This document shows positions 41,648 to 51,778 of a stretch of 64,000 bases of DNA, one piece after another. The stretch comes from Nitrososphaeraceae archaeon (GTDB lineage: Archaea; Thermoproteota; Nitrososphaeria; Nitrososphaerales; Nitrososphaeraceae). The notes below the pieces were generated by a model. The model was given only the letters and a program-made list of their open reading frames with translations. It was not told where the DNA came from and did no database searches. The translations under genes were made by a program, and so were the position numbers. The DNA is taken from assembly GCA_044870765.1 (NCBI GenBank), contig JBIOZG010000032.1, positions 1 to 64,000 on the forward strand, read 5' to 3'. Within the stretch, counting starts at the first letter, position 1; each line of letters opens with the position of its first letter.

Positions 41648-43207
41648 ATGCTGTTTAAAATTGTTATGCATGATGAAAAGATAAACCGACTGCATGAAAT
41701 GAAAAAAAAAGCAGAAATTGGAGGAGGCCAAGAAAGAATTGAAGCTCAGCATACAAAGGGAAAATTAACTGCACGGGAAAGACTAGATTTACTTCTAGAT
41801 AGTAATTCTTTTATCGAAATCGACAAGTACGTCGTACATAGGTCAATAGACCCTGATACGGCAAAATACTATGGAGATGGTGTCATTACAGGTTTTGGGA
41901 CTATTAATGGCAGACAGGTTTTCGTCTATGCCTATGATTTTACAATATTAGGTGGATCTCTGGGTGAAATGGCAGGGAGAAAAATCGTAAAGTTAATGGA
42001 TCATGCAATTAAGGTTGGCGCTCCCCTTATTGGTATCTTGGATTCTGGAGGAGCAAGAATTCAGGAGGGTGTAATGAGTCTTGATGGCTACGGTGACATA
42101 TTCTTTAGAAACACAATGGCTTCTGGAGTTATTCCACAAATAACAGCAAGCATCGGTCCATGTGCAGGTGGAGCAGTATATTCACCCGCAATGACTGACT
42201 TTGTCATCATGGTTGAAAATATAGGTCAAATGTTCGTTACAGGTCCAGAAGTGGTAAAAGAAGTCCTCAGCCAAGAAGTATCGTTTGAAGATTTGGGTGG
42301 CGCAAGAACTCATTCAACAAAATCCGGTGTCGCTCATTTTGTTGCTGAAAATGAATATGAATGTATGGATAAGATAAAGAAATTGATTTCTTTTATACCA
42401 CAGAATAATCTGGAAATATCAACACCTGTCGAATCACTAGATGATCCAAATAGGCTTGAACCAGAATTCTCAAGTATACTGCCAGAAAATCCTTACGAAC
42501 AGTACGATATGAAGCAAATTATTAGATTACTGGTCGATAAAGCTGATTTTCTAGAAGTACATGAACGTTTTGCGGAGAACATTATTGTTGCCTTTGCTAG
42601 AATTGATGGGAAGACAGTAGGAATAGTTGCTAATCAACCAATGTACCTTGCTGGAGCATTAGACATCAACTCTTCAACCAAAGCAGCCCGGTTTATTCGC
42701 TTTTGTGATTGTTTTAATATTCCAATTGTTACTCTAGTTGATACACCTGGTTATCTCCCCGGAGCAGATCAGGAGCATAATGGTATAATTCGACACGGCA
42801 GCAAGCTGCTCTATGCCTACTGTGATGCAACAGTTCCAAAGATAACTTGTATTATAGGCAAGGCTTATGGTGGGGCCTACATTGCAATGGGGAGTAAAAA
42901 TCTTAGAGCTGACATAAATTATGCCTGGCCCACAGCAGAAATTGCCGTTCTGGGTCCTGAAGCTGCCATTACAATAGTACATAGAAAAGATCTTAAGAGC
43001 TCGAAAAACCCAATTGAAATTAAAAAGAAACTGGCAAAAGAATATCGTGAGAAATTTGCAAACCCATACATTGCGGCAGAAAAGGGAATAATTGATCTTG
43101 TTATAGATCCTATTGAAACAAGGATAATGATAGTAAAGGCACTAAGCGTATTGCAGAATAAAAGAGAGTCAAGGCCAGCTAGGAAACATGGTAACATTAA
43201 TCTTTAG
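41648..43207 (+). CDS. pccB: Acetyl-/propionyl-CoA carboxylase, carboxyltransferase subunit (3HP/4HB cycle)
   Basis: GKLTARER, DSGGARIQEG, GPCAGG, KAYGGAY, RKHGNINL; the start is probably the ATG at 41666. Confidence 0.96.
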   Translation: MLFKIVMHDEKINRLHEMKKKAEIGGGQERIEAQHTKGKLTARERLDLLLDSNSFIEIDKYVVHRSIDPDTAKYYGDGVITGFGTINGRQVFVYAYDFTILGGSLGEMAGRKIVKLMDHAIKVGAPLIGILDSGGARIQEGVMSLDGYGDIFFRNTMASGVIPQITASIGPCAGGAVYSPAMTDFVIMVENIGQMFVTGPEVVKEVLSQEVSFEDLGGARTHSTKSGVAHFVAENEYECMDKIKKLISFIPQNNLEISTPVESLDDPNRLEPEFSSILPENPYEQYDMKQIIRLLVDKADFLEVHERFAENIIVAFARIDGKTVGIVANQPMYLAGALDINSSTKAARFIRFCDCFNIPIVTLVDTPGYLPGADQEHNGIIRHGSKLLYAYCDATVPKITCIIGKAYGGAYIAMGSKNLRADINYAWPTAEIAVLGPEAAITIVHRKDLKSSKNPIEIKKKLAKEYREKFANPYIAAEKGIIDLVIDPIETRIMIVKALSVLQNKRESRPARKHGNINL

Positions 43208-43219
43208 GGGAGATGTGAA

Positions 43220-44740
43220 ATGGGAAAATTAATTTCTAGCATTTTAATAGCAAATAGAGGGGAAATAGCCCTCAGGGTAATTAGGGCATGCAAGGAATTG
43301 AGGATAAAATCTATTGCACTTTACTCTGATGAGGATTTAAGATCAAAGCATGTAAAGAGTGCTGACGAGGCATATTACCTTGGTCCTCCAGCGCCGACCA
43401 AAAGCTACCTTAACATTGAGAAGATAATTGAAATTGCAGAGAGCGCAGGAGCTGAAGCAATTCATCCTGGTTACGGATTTTTGTCAGAAAACGAAACCTT
43501 CGCTGCAAAATGTGAAGAGAAGGGTATTATATTTATTGGACCATCCAGCGAGGCCATGGCACTGACAGGTGATAAAATGAAATGCAAAGAAATAATGAAA
43601 AAGGCACAAGTTCCAACGATACCAGGAAGTGATGATATTCTAGAAGAGGTTGACAAGGCAGTAGAAATCGCTGAGGAGGCCGGGTATCCTGTACTTCTTA
43701 AATCTGCCTACGGTGGAGGTGGAAGAGGTATCCGGTTCGCAGACACTGAAAAGAAGCTTAGGGAGGAATTTGAAATGGCAGCTGCAGAATCGAGAGCAGC
43801 ATTCGGCAAATCGGGGTTGTATGTAGAAAAATTCCTTCAAGGGATAAGACATATAGAATTTCAGCTTGTTAGAGATTCCAGTGGAAACGGCAGACATCTT
43901 TTTGAACGCGAATGTTCGATACAGAGGCGTCATCAAAAGCTAATTGAATTTTCACCCTCTTCAGTCGTAGACAAGAAAACTAGATCAAATATAGGCGAAA
44001 TCGCTGTCAGGGCAGCAGAATCAGTCGACTATCTCAATGCGGGCACAGCCGAGTTCTTAAGGGATGCAAAGGGCAACTTTTATTTTATTGAGGTTAACTC
44101 TCGACTCCAGGTAGAGCATCCTGTAACAGAATTAGTTACTGGAATTGATCTTGTCAAGTTACAGATAAAAATTGCATGCGGTGAAGAAATCCGCTTTAAG
44201 CAGTCAGATCTTGAACTTAATGGTTCTGCAATAGAATGTAGGATAAATGCCGAAGATCCATTTCACGACTTTGTTCCTTCGGTTGGACTGGTACCAGACT
44301 GCAATCTTCCTTATGGACCTGGTGTCAGAGTAGATACTTACCTATATCCAGGATGTAGTGTATCGGGGTATTATGATTCTCTGGTCGCAAAGTTGATAAC
44401 ATGGGGACAAGATTTTAATGAGGCACGGGTAAGGATGTCCAATTCCTTGGATGAATTCTTGATAGAAGGCATAAACACCACTATTCCTCTATATAAGACC
44501 ATAATGGATGAGAACAACTTTATTCAAGGAAATATTTCTACAGATTACTTGGAAAAATATGATATGCTGGGTCAAATGCAGGATCTGCTGAAGGAAAAAC
44601 AATTAAAGTCAGCTGATTCTTCCATAGCAGCTGCTTTACTCTACTCTGAATACTTGAAAGGACAAAGTGCCATTAATTCATCGAGTAAACTTTCATTATC
44701 TAATTGGGTAAGAACAGGTAGTCAGAAAAATGGAATTTAA
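43220..44740 (+). CDS. accC: Acetyl-/propionyl-CoA carboxylase, biotin carboxylase subunit
   Basis: ANRGEIA, HPGYGFLSEN, GGGGRG, RECSIQRRHQK, RLQVEH. Confidence 0.97.
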   Translation: MGKLISSILIANRGEIALRVIRACKELRIKSIALYSDEDLRSKHVKSADEAYYLGPPAPTKSYLNIEKIIEIAESAGAEAIHPGYGFLSENETFAAKCEEKGIIFIGPSSEAMALTGDKMKCKEIMKKAQVPTIPGSDDILEEVDKAVEIAEEAGYPVLLKSAYGGGGRGIRFADTEKKLREEFEMAAAESRAAFGKSGLYVEKFLQGIRHIEFQLVRDSSGNGRHLFERECSIQRRHQKLIEFSPSSVVDKKTRSNIGEIAVRAAESVDYLNAGTAEFLRDAKGNFYFIEVNSRLQVEHPVTELVTGIDLVKLQIKIACGEEIRFKQSDLELNGSAIECRINAEDPFHDFVPSVGLVPDCNLPYGPGVRVDTYLYPGCSVSGYYDSLVAKLITWGQDFNEARVRMSNSLDEFLIEGINTTIPLYKTIMDENNFIQGNISTDYLEKYDMLGQMQDLLKEKQLKSADSSIAAALLYSEYLKGQSAINSSSKLSLSNWVRTGSQKNGI

Positions 44741-45242
44741 GATAGATGATTTAGATAAAGTTCTGTCAGGTTCAATATCTGAATCTAGAGGCGATGGTAA
44801 AATTATCGCTACTATAAATGGTAAGAAACGTAAAATCCAGATAGTGAGTCTCAAAAACAGTATTTTGGAGTTTATTATAGACAACTCTTATGAAACCGCC
44901 AAGATATTGGAATTTGGAAGTTCGTACATTAAAATGTTGATGAACGGAGAGCAAATTGTTCTCAAAAAACATTCAAAATTGACTGAAATTCTGGAAAAAT
45001 CAATGGCACTGGGCGCATCGTCAACAGGTGATATCAAACTCTTCAGTCAAATTCCTGGTCGAGTAGTGTCCATTATGTTAAAGTCAGGAGACCAATTAAA
45101 AAAAGGAGATTCAGTAATTGTACTGGAATCTATGAAAATGCAAGTTGCTGTAAAGGCCCATAAAGACGGTCAGATTAGAGATATTAAGGTAAAAATTGGA
45201 GATACTGTTTCAAGAAACGATGTAGTTGCCTTAATTGAGTAA
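44730..45242 (+). CDS. accB: Biotin carboxyl carrier protein
   Basis: ESMKM biotinylation motif in the C-terminal domain; overlaps the accC stop. Confidence 0.95.
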   Translation: MEFKIDDLDKVLSGSISESRGDGKIIATINGKKRKIQIVSLKNSILEFIIDNSYETAKILEFGSSYIKMLMNGEQIVLKKHSKLTEILEKSMALGASSTGDIKLFSQIPGRVVSIMLKSGDQLKKGDSVIVLESMKMQVAVKAHKDGQIRDIKVKIGDTVSRNDVVALIE

Positions 45243-45325
45243 CATCAGTGTAGAATAATATCGGAACAAAGAATTGACAGTACCGGATAGTATTATTTGA
45301 ACCCTAAATTTGCAGACGTTGCAAA

Positions 45326-45805
45326 TCAGTTATTGATATCTTTTAGTTTATCTCTAATTTCGTCGTATTTTGGTTCAACAAGTGGATTATCTGAAATCCA
45401 TACATACTTAATAACGCTATTTTTATCCAACAAGAAAATCGATCTTTTAGCTGCATTGTAGTCCTTCAAAGGACCAAGATCCTTCATTACTATTCCGTAG
45501 TCGCTAATTGTTTCCCTTTTATAATCACTCAATAGTGGAAAATTCAGATGCCTATTTATTTTGAATATCTTGTTTGCGAATGGACCGTCTACCGAAATTC
45601 CTACTACTGCTGTATTGCTGTTTTCGAATTCATTCAGTGAATCTCTAAAGACGCACATCTCAGTAGTGCATACAGGAGATTCTGCAGCCGGAAAAAAAGC
45701 CAATAATGTATTCCTGCCTTTGAACTCCCCAAGTTTACGCATATTCATATCAATATCGGGTAAATCAAAATCTGGAGCAACGTCTCCTTCTTTTAAATTT
45801 GCCAT
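45326..45805 (-). CDS. Peroxiredoxin (BCP/AhpE-like)
   Basis: FFPAAESPVCTTEMC, GISVD, FPLLSD, KRSIF. Confidence 0.92.
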   Translation of the reverse strand: MANLKEGDVAPDFDLPDIDMNMRKLGEFKGRNTLLAFFPAAESPVCTTEMCVFRDSLNEFENSNTAVVGISVDGPFANKIFKINRHLNFPLLSDYKRETISDYGIVMKDLGPLKDYNAAKRSIFLLDKNSVIKYVWISDNPLVEPKYDEIRDKLKDINN

Positions 45806-45883
45806 ACATTCGATCCTATTCTGTTCAATGTTAATCTTTCTATCAGATCAAGCCATGTATATGTATGTAGTATCGATCTTCGG

Positions 45884-46720
45884 TTAGATTATCTTTTTGT
45901 TGATAGAATGGACATTAATATTCTCATTACTTTTGTAGCCTGATAGATCTAACACAATGTGCTTGAATCCGAGCTCCTTTAGTTTTGAATCAATTACTGA
46001 CAGTTTGTTTGTATCAAACATCTCTTTTATTTCTGCCTTGTCAACTTCAATTCTTGCCATGTTTTGATTATCCCGAACTCTAACCTGCCTTACATTGAAA
46101 ATAGACTTGACTAATAATTCAGCCTTTTCTATTCTTCTAAGTTTTTCAAATGTTACTGGGGACCCATGTGGTATTCTTGACGCCAAGCAGGAGTTTGACG
46201 GTTTGTCAAAAACTGTCAAGTTGTTTGACTTTGCGATATTTCTTACATTCTGTTTGTTGATTCCAAGCTCTACAAGTGGACTTTTTACACCGTTTTCTCT
46301 CAGGGCCACTATTCCGGGTCGATAATCCATCAAGTCATCGGTATTTGTACCATCGACAATCAATTTCACGTCCATTCCTTCTGCCTCTCTTAACAAGTAA
46401 GCTGCGAGTTCAGTTCTGCAATGATAACATCTCATCAAGTCGTTCTTGACAAACTCTGAATTGTCTAATTCATTGTATTTTATTATTTTATGATTAATGT
46501 CTATTTCTTGCGCAATTTTTTTTGCAGATGTTAATTCGTCAGCTGAAAGTGTATTATAATCTGCAGTAACAGCGATGGCATTTTCATTTAATGCTTTCTT
46601 TGCCGCCATAGCAACAACAGCACTGTCGACACCTCCTGACAAGGCAACCATGGTCTTTTCGTTTTTATCTTGAAACCATGAAACCAGCCTTTGATAAAGC
46701 ATATCTTCCAAATTTATCAT
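45884..46720 (-). CDS. larE: ATP-dependent sulfur transferase LarE
   Basis: PP-loop ALSGGVDS, RCYHC, DGTN.DD..DYRPG, SCLASRIP. Confidence 0.92.
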   Translation of the reverse strand: MINLEDMLYQRLVSWFQDKNEKTMVALSGGVDSAVVAMAAKKALNENAIAVTADYNTLSADELTSAKKIAQEIDINHKIIKYNELDNSEFVKNDLMRCYHCRTELAAYLLREAEGMDVKLIVDGTNTDDLMDYRPGIVALRENGVKSPLVELGINKQNVRNIAKSNNLTVFDKPSNSCLASRIPHGSPVTFEKLRRIEKAELLVKSIFNVRQVRVRDNQNMARIEVDKAEIKEMFDTNKLSVIDSKLKELGFKHIVLDLSGYKSNENINVHSINKKII

Positions 46721-47961
46721 CTGTTGTATTTTTTGAATACCTCGTAGTATACGATATCAAATACCTTTCTGTATGGAGCCTTTAGTCTTGTTGCAATTTT
46801 TTTAATATCGTCATATTCTGGCTTTATCATTTTAATTGTTCCATCCTTATCCTTTGAAAGTTTTACCTTGACTACAAATCTCTGATTCCCAATTGTAATG
46901 GGAACCGTTATAAAAGATCTGGGAATTGTTATCCTGTTTATCTCATGAACTCTGCATCCTAGAGAACCAGTTTCATTTAATAGTAACTTAACGAGTGAAT
47001 CACGAGATGTTATGTCGCTCAGGACTTTAATAATAAAGGAGGGCCTGTTTTTTTTAGAGATGCCCTGAAGAACAGTAACGTCTTTTGCGCCACTTGCATA
47101 CAGTGTTTCAATCATATTGCCTATTGTCTCTCCTGTAGCGTCATCGACGTTTGTTTCAATCTCATATACACTTTCTGATGTATGATCTACGTTAGAATTT
47201 GATTGGCCGACAACTAATCGGAGTATGTTTGCGATATTCTTTCCGTCTTTTTGACCAGCGCCGTTTCCTATTTGTTCGGGAATGAATGGAGGATACTGAG
47301 AGATATGTTTAGGAACCAAATTAACTAACATCGCTGCGCCAGTAGGGGTTGTAAGCTCGCCATCGATTTTACCTGGAACCAGTAGTATTTGTGAATTCCT
47401 CAAGATTTCCAGTATTGCATTACCAGGATTGGGAACAATACCATGAGAAAACTGTAACATGCCGTTACCAATTGCAACGTCGGTAGCATAGAATTTTTGC
47501 GATAAAAGCCCGAGATTATCCAAGGCTACGGCTGTACCGATTAAATCTGCAGCAGTATCCACTGTTGAGACTTCATGTAGTCGTACGTCGTCATGTTTGG
47601 TGCCGTGTATTTTTGATTCTGCCGTGATTATTGTTTTGATTGAATTAAGAACGAATGACTTTGCAACATTGGATAAATTTATGGAGTCACAACAAGAGGC
47701 AATTGATCTATATACTACACTGCCCAACCGGAATCTTGTCGAATCCTTGTATTCGAATAATAACTTTGTGCAGGAAATTCCATATGATGTGGTTTTTATG
47801 AAATTAACCTTATGTATTTTGGAACCTTCAAAATAGTCTTGGCACGCATAAATCGAATCAACGACTTTTTTTTTATTTGCTCCTATGTCTACTAAACTAC
47901 TCAAAAGCATGTCGCCTGAAATTCCAGCAACTTGAGAGTCAATAATCACTATCTTAGACAT
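46717..47961 (-). CDS. larC: Nickel-pincer cofactor nickel insertase LarC
   Basis: AGISGDM, HEV...D, HG..P.P, GELTTPTGAA, ETNVDD, KPEYDD; single ORF overlapping larE by 4 nt. Confidence 0.92.
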   Translation of the reverse strand: MSKIVIIDSQVAGISGDMLLSSLVDIGANKKKVVDSIYACQDYFEGSKIHKVNFIKTTSYGISCTKLLFEYKDSTRFRLGSVVYRSIASCCDSINLSNVAKSFVLNSIKTIITAESKIHGTKHDDVRLHEVSTVDTAADLIGTAVALDNLGLLSQKFYATDVAIGNGMLQFSHGIVPNPGNAILEILRNSQILLVPGKIDGELTTPTGAAMLVNLVPKHISQYPPFIPEQIGNGAGQKDGKNIANILRLVVGQSNSNVDHTSESVYEIETNVDDATGETIGNMIETLYASGAKDVTVLQGISKKNRPSFIIKVLSDITSRDSLVKLLLNETGSLGCRVHEINRITIPRSFITVPITIGNQRFVVKVKLSKDKDGTIKMIKPEYDDIKKIATRLKAPYRKVFDIVYYEVFKKYNR

Positions 47962-48260
47962 ATAAATGAAAAATCTCTCTTCTATATGCTGTTTAGATAA
48001 TTTAAATATTATTGTTCAATTTCCAGTTTAATTAGTAATGATTGATTCTCACGACAGAGAATGGAAAAGATGATTCAGCGGTTCAAAATAAGCGAGCATT
48101 TCAAAAGGTATAATTCATTTTTGAATTCATTATTCGGTAAACTTGTACCTGTTTTTGTCATCGCTTTAAAATATTGATACTCAGTAATAATACTGTATTT
48201 GATCACTGGGCAAAAATCTACTCAGAGAAATATCTTGTCATTATCATTTTTTAATAGAAA

Positions 48261-48890
48261 TTAATTATTGATGTATTCTATTAAACTGGTAATAGAGCTA
48301 AAATTACCCACTTCAGTCAAGCTATGAGCATCACTGCCCAAATGTAGACTAATATTATTTTCTTTAAATATCTGCAACCATTTCATTGGTGGTCTGCGAT
48401 ATTTTGCATTTACTTCAATTGTTTTGTTATTGCTTTTCAATAATTGTGATAATTCGATTAACTCCTTATCGGTCAAATCGAATGATTCTTCTGGAGCCAA
48501 ATGGCCAATGACGTTTACATAAGGTAAGGAAATTGCCGATTTCAAAGAAAAAAGCCAATCTTGCTTATCATAATATTTTGTATGAAAACTTGCTATCAAA
48601 AAATGGTCTTCATATTCAGAAGGTACATCCACAGTGCCATCTTTCAAAATTTTTGCCTCAAAACCGGAAATTATAGTCATCTTGGTACCAGATGATATAA
48701 TTCGGTCTATATCATCAAGGTATTTAGGTATCCAATCAGAGGTTTTTCTTACATGTTCCGTGAATGCTAAAGTATCCAAGTTAATTGTTTCAGCATATCT
48801 TGTTACTCTTTCAACCGACAAATCTTGAGGTGAATGGTCATTGTAGTTGCTATGTACATGATAATCCTTTTTTAGATCAAGCAAGTGCAT
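48261..48890 (-). CDS. PHP-domain protein (YcdX/histidinol-phosphatase-like)
   Basis: DYHVHS, FTEH, GFEA, ASFH, IGH, EVN, GSDAH. Confidence 0.88.
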   Translation of the reverse strand: MHLLDLKKDYHVHSNYNDHSPQDLSVERVTRYAETINLDTLAFTEHVRKTSDWIPKYLDDIDRIISSGTKMTIISGFEAKILKDGTVDVPSEYEDHFLIASFHTKYYDKQDWLFSLKSAISLPYVNVIGHLAPEESFDLTDKELIELSQLLKSNNKTIEVNAKYRRPPMKWLQIFKENNISLHLGSDAHSLTEVGNFSSITSLIEYINN

Positions 48891-49016
48891 TTTAATTATT
48901 TGATTGCATATTTTAGTTTATTTTGAAATAAAAACGTTCGATAGGACAGCTAAGAGACATAGTCTGAAAATTTTTATATGATGTTGAATAAAATTTCATT
49001 TCGGATATGAAATTGC

Positions 49017-49997
49017 TTGAATAGCGCATCAAATTCTATTGTGTTAGTTCCAGGTGCTTCTGCACCAGCTGCAATTAATACAATAAAATCTCTAAGAAGG
49101 GTAAAATATCCTGTAACAATAATAAGTTCAGACACAAACCCTATCTCAGCAGGCTTTTATTTGTCTGATGCGCATGAAGTGTTACCAGAAATAGATAACC
49201 CATCATACACGACTAGCCTTTTTGAAATAATTGCAAAGCACAATATTGGTATTCTGATGCCATCATCAGGCTATGACATATATCATTTTAGTAAAAATAA
49301 AGGAAAATTATTGGAACGAGGAGCATTGGCTGTTGTAAGCGATGAAGAAGTCCTGGAAAAATGCAGGGACAAAATGGAGACTTTTAGTTTTCTTTCACAA
49401 AAGTTCGCATTACCTTTCACAACGGCTGACCCTGTTAAAATAAGAGAATTTCCGATAATTGCAAAACCAAGATACGGTAAAGGAAGCAAAGGAATAGTAA
49501 AAATAGACAACGAGAATGATCTAAAATACGTCCAATCAAAAAACGATAACATGATTTTTCAAGAATATTTGCCAGGCACCGAATACACTATAGATGTACT
49601 GTCGGATTTAGATGGTGAACCGATTATTGCTGTTCCGCGAATCAGACTACAAACAAAAGCTGGAATTTCCACAATCGGTAAAATTGTTATGGATGAGTCG
49701 ATTTCAGGGACATGCAAGTCTATTGCAAAATACCTAAAGATAATAGGGCCTTGTTGTATTCAGATGAAAGAAACAAAAGATGGTATTCTCAACGTAGTGG
49801 AAATTAATCCTCGTTTAGGTGGTGGTACTATTTTTACTGCCTTGGCCGGTGCGAATTTTCCTGCAATGATTTTGGACATGGTGAATGGCAAGAAACTCAA
49901 AGCGCCACTAATATCTGAAATTACCGTAGTCAGATATTTTGAAGAGATAGTAGTGGAAAATGGAAAGGTAATGAAATATGACTTGAATTCAGTATGA
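49017..49997 (+). CDS. ATP-grasp ligase (polysaccharide-cluster / CPSase-like type)
   Basis: CRDK, AKPRYGKGSKG, QEYLPGTEYTID, EINPRLGGG. Confidence 0.9.
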   Translation: MNSASNSIVLVPGASAPAAINTIKSLRRVKYPVTIISSDTNPISAGFYLSDAHEVLPEIDNPSYTTSLFEIIAKHNIGILMPSSGYDIYHFSKNKGKLLERGALAVVSDEEVLEKCRDKMETFSFLSQKFALPFTTADPVKIREFPIIAKPRYGKGSKGIVKIDNENDLKYVQSKNDNMIFQEYLPGTEYTIDVLSDLDGEPIIAVPRIRLQTKAGISTIGKIVMDESISGTCKSIAKYLKIIGPCCIQMKETKDGILNVVEINPRLGGGTIFTALAGANFPAMILDMVNGKKLKAPLISEITVVRYFEEIVVENGKVMKYDLNSV

Positions 49998-50154
49998 TAT
50001 CCACATTTTCTTGCATGTTTTTTTTACAACTAACATCTTTTATGTCAAAGGCTTCACCAATTTTGCACGGCCAATATCCTGTGAATTTCATCATAATTAC
50101 CGAAAACCCTACTATCATCATGATGGTAACAAAAATCACGCTAATGTATCGCAT
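49930..50154 (-). CDS. Small membrane protein downstream of the glycosyltransferase
   Basis: One TM segment, then WPC...C; the 3' end overlaps the ATP-grasp gene by 68 nt, so the end is doubtful. Confidence 0.4.
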   Translation of the reverse strand: MRYISVIFVTIMMIVGFSVIMMKFTGYWPCKIGEAFDIKDVSCKKNMQENVDIILNSSHISLPFHFPLLSLQNI

Positions 50155-50209
50155 TTAGGAATCACTCAAGACAATACATCTCTATCAGCAATAAACTCAT
50201 ATTTTGTGG

Positions 50210-51643
50210 CTATCTCCAGCTCCTGTTTCTTATGGTTATTGCCGAATATATCAAGAGCCAGGTAAATACAAACGTAGTAATGAATGTAAAGGGCGGTCTG
50301 TATAACCAAAGACCGTCATTCGGATTTCTAAGTCTGTATTCTACAGAATAAATCATCCCTGTAAACATTAGACCGACAATCCAAAACAAGATTGAAGCAA
50401 AATCGCCTTTTATTGGTAAAATTGCAATTGTGTAAAAAAGAACGTATGGCCTAATAAGCTTCATTGCTATTTGAATGTAGTATAAAAGTGCAATAAAAGA
50501 AGGTCTTTTCCAAAATATTCCACCTGTTGCAAACAGACTACGAATAAAGCTCTTCTTCCAGCGTATTTGTTGTCTTGCTAGTGATTCGAACGTCTTGGGC
50601 ACTCCAACATTTACCCTTATGCTGTAGGAATATTCCACATTCCATTTTATTGGGCTATTTGAAATTTCTGTATCTGGGTCAAAAGAGTTTTTCATTGTCT
50701 CGATGTCATCTGCGCCAGTTTGCAAGATTGGCATATGTTCATTTTGCTTTTTTTCTAAAGAGATATCATGTTTTGAACGTGTACCCAATACATGTGCCGT
50801 CATTCTTCTATCAGTACAAAACTTAAAATCTATTCCCAAAAATTTATCATTGGCCCACTCGTGAATAAAGTCCTGAATTGCAACTCTTCGGTAAAAACTG
50901 AGTGACCCAGAACAGCACGATACTGATTTAAAGGAACTCTCGGCTGCTTTTATTGATCTACATGATATATCTATATAGACCTGTTGAAATTTTTCTATTG
51001 TATTGCCACGTTGTGCATCCCTGACCCTTCCATGACAAGTTAAGGCGCCTAATTTTCTATCGTTATTAAAAATTTTCGCAGCCTTTTCGACTGCGTCGGA
51101 AGCCATGTCACAATCACTATCCATAAAGGCATATATTTCTCCACGGGCTATTTCACTTGCTGCTTCTACAGCCTTTTTCTTTCCAACACTCTTTGATAAA
51201 TGCAATATTCGAAAACTGTCTTTCCTGTTTTCCTTGCGCATTTCATCTAAAATTTCACCAGTTCTGTCTGTACTACCATCATTAACAACGATTATTTCCT
51301 TTTGTTCATATGTTTGATTCAGACAGGACTGAACGCAATTTCGTATATTTTTTTCTTCATTTTTTGCAGGTACTACTATACTTATTAGAGGACCATTTGA
51401 CACCTCAATATTTCTAGCGTTTAGGTACGGATCTTTATACTTAAAGTAGGAAAGAATTAGAATGCTGAGTAAAACAAAGCTAGTGAGAATACTGTAGATA
51501 CCTACTAATGGATCCACTAGTGAAATTGTGAAATAAATTTTAGCCACTAGGACACATCCTACAGCAATGACCATCAGTACTCTTGCGAGCCATTTACTTT
51601 TTTCAACCTCTGAATATCTTGAAGCTTGTTCTTGTAAAGTCAT
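50210..51643 (-). CDS. Processive GT2 glycosyltransferase (hyaluronan-synthase/NodC-like)
   Basis: 2 N-terminal TMs; VNDGSTD, GKK.A, DSD, CCSG, DRRMT, QQIRWKKS; C-terminal TMs ending RSWR. Confidence 0.9.
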   Translation of the reverse strand: MTLQEQASRYSEVEKSKWLARVLMVIAVGCVLVAKIYFTISLVDPLVGIYSILTSFVLLSILILSYFKYKDPYLNARNIEVSNGPLISIVVPAKNEEKNIRNCVQSCLNQTYEQKEIIVVNDGSTDRTGEILDEMRKENRKDSFRILHLSKSVGKKKAVEAASEIARGEIYAFMDSDCDMASDAVEKAAKIFNNDRKLGALTCHGRVRDAQRGNTIEKFQQVYIDISCRSIKAAESSFKSVSCCSGSLSFYRRVAIQDFIHEWANDKFLGIDFKFCTDRRMTAHVLGTRSKHDISLEKKQNEHMPILQTGADDIETMKNSFDPDTEISNSPIKWNVEYSYSIRVNVGVPKTFESLARQQIRWKKSFIRSLFATGGIFWKRPSFIALLYYIQIAMKLIRPYVLFYTIAILPIKGDFASILFWIVGLMFTGMIYSVEYRLRNPNDGLWLYRPPFTFITTFVFTWLLIYSAITIRNRSWR

Positions 51644-51778
51644 TCATTGACACCAACCACAGTAAATCTTGATCTAGATAATAATTTCAATAAACATACT
51701 TCACTACATATAGAGTTTGTTTTTCTTATTAATTTTGTTATTGAGATAAACATGATGAGTTGGTGGAGTAGGATAAAT

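Noticed and set aside
50971-50978. Fourth CTATATAG copy
   Set aside because: Lies inside the glycosyltransferase CDS; consistent with a chance occurrence.
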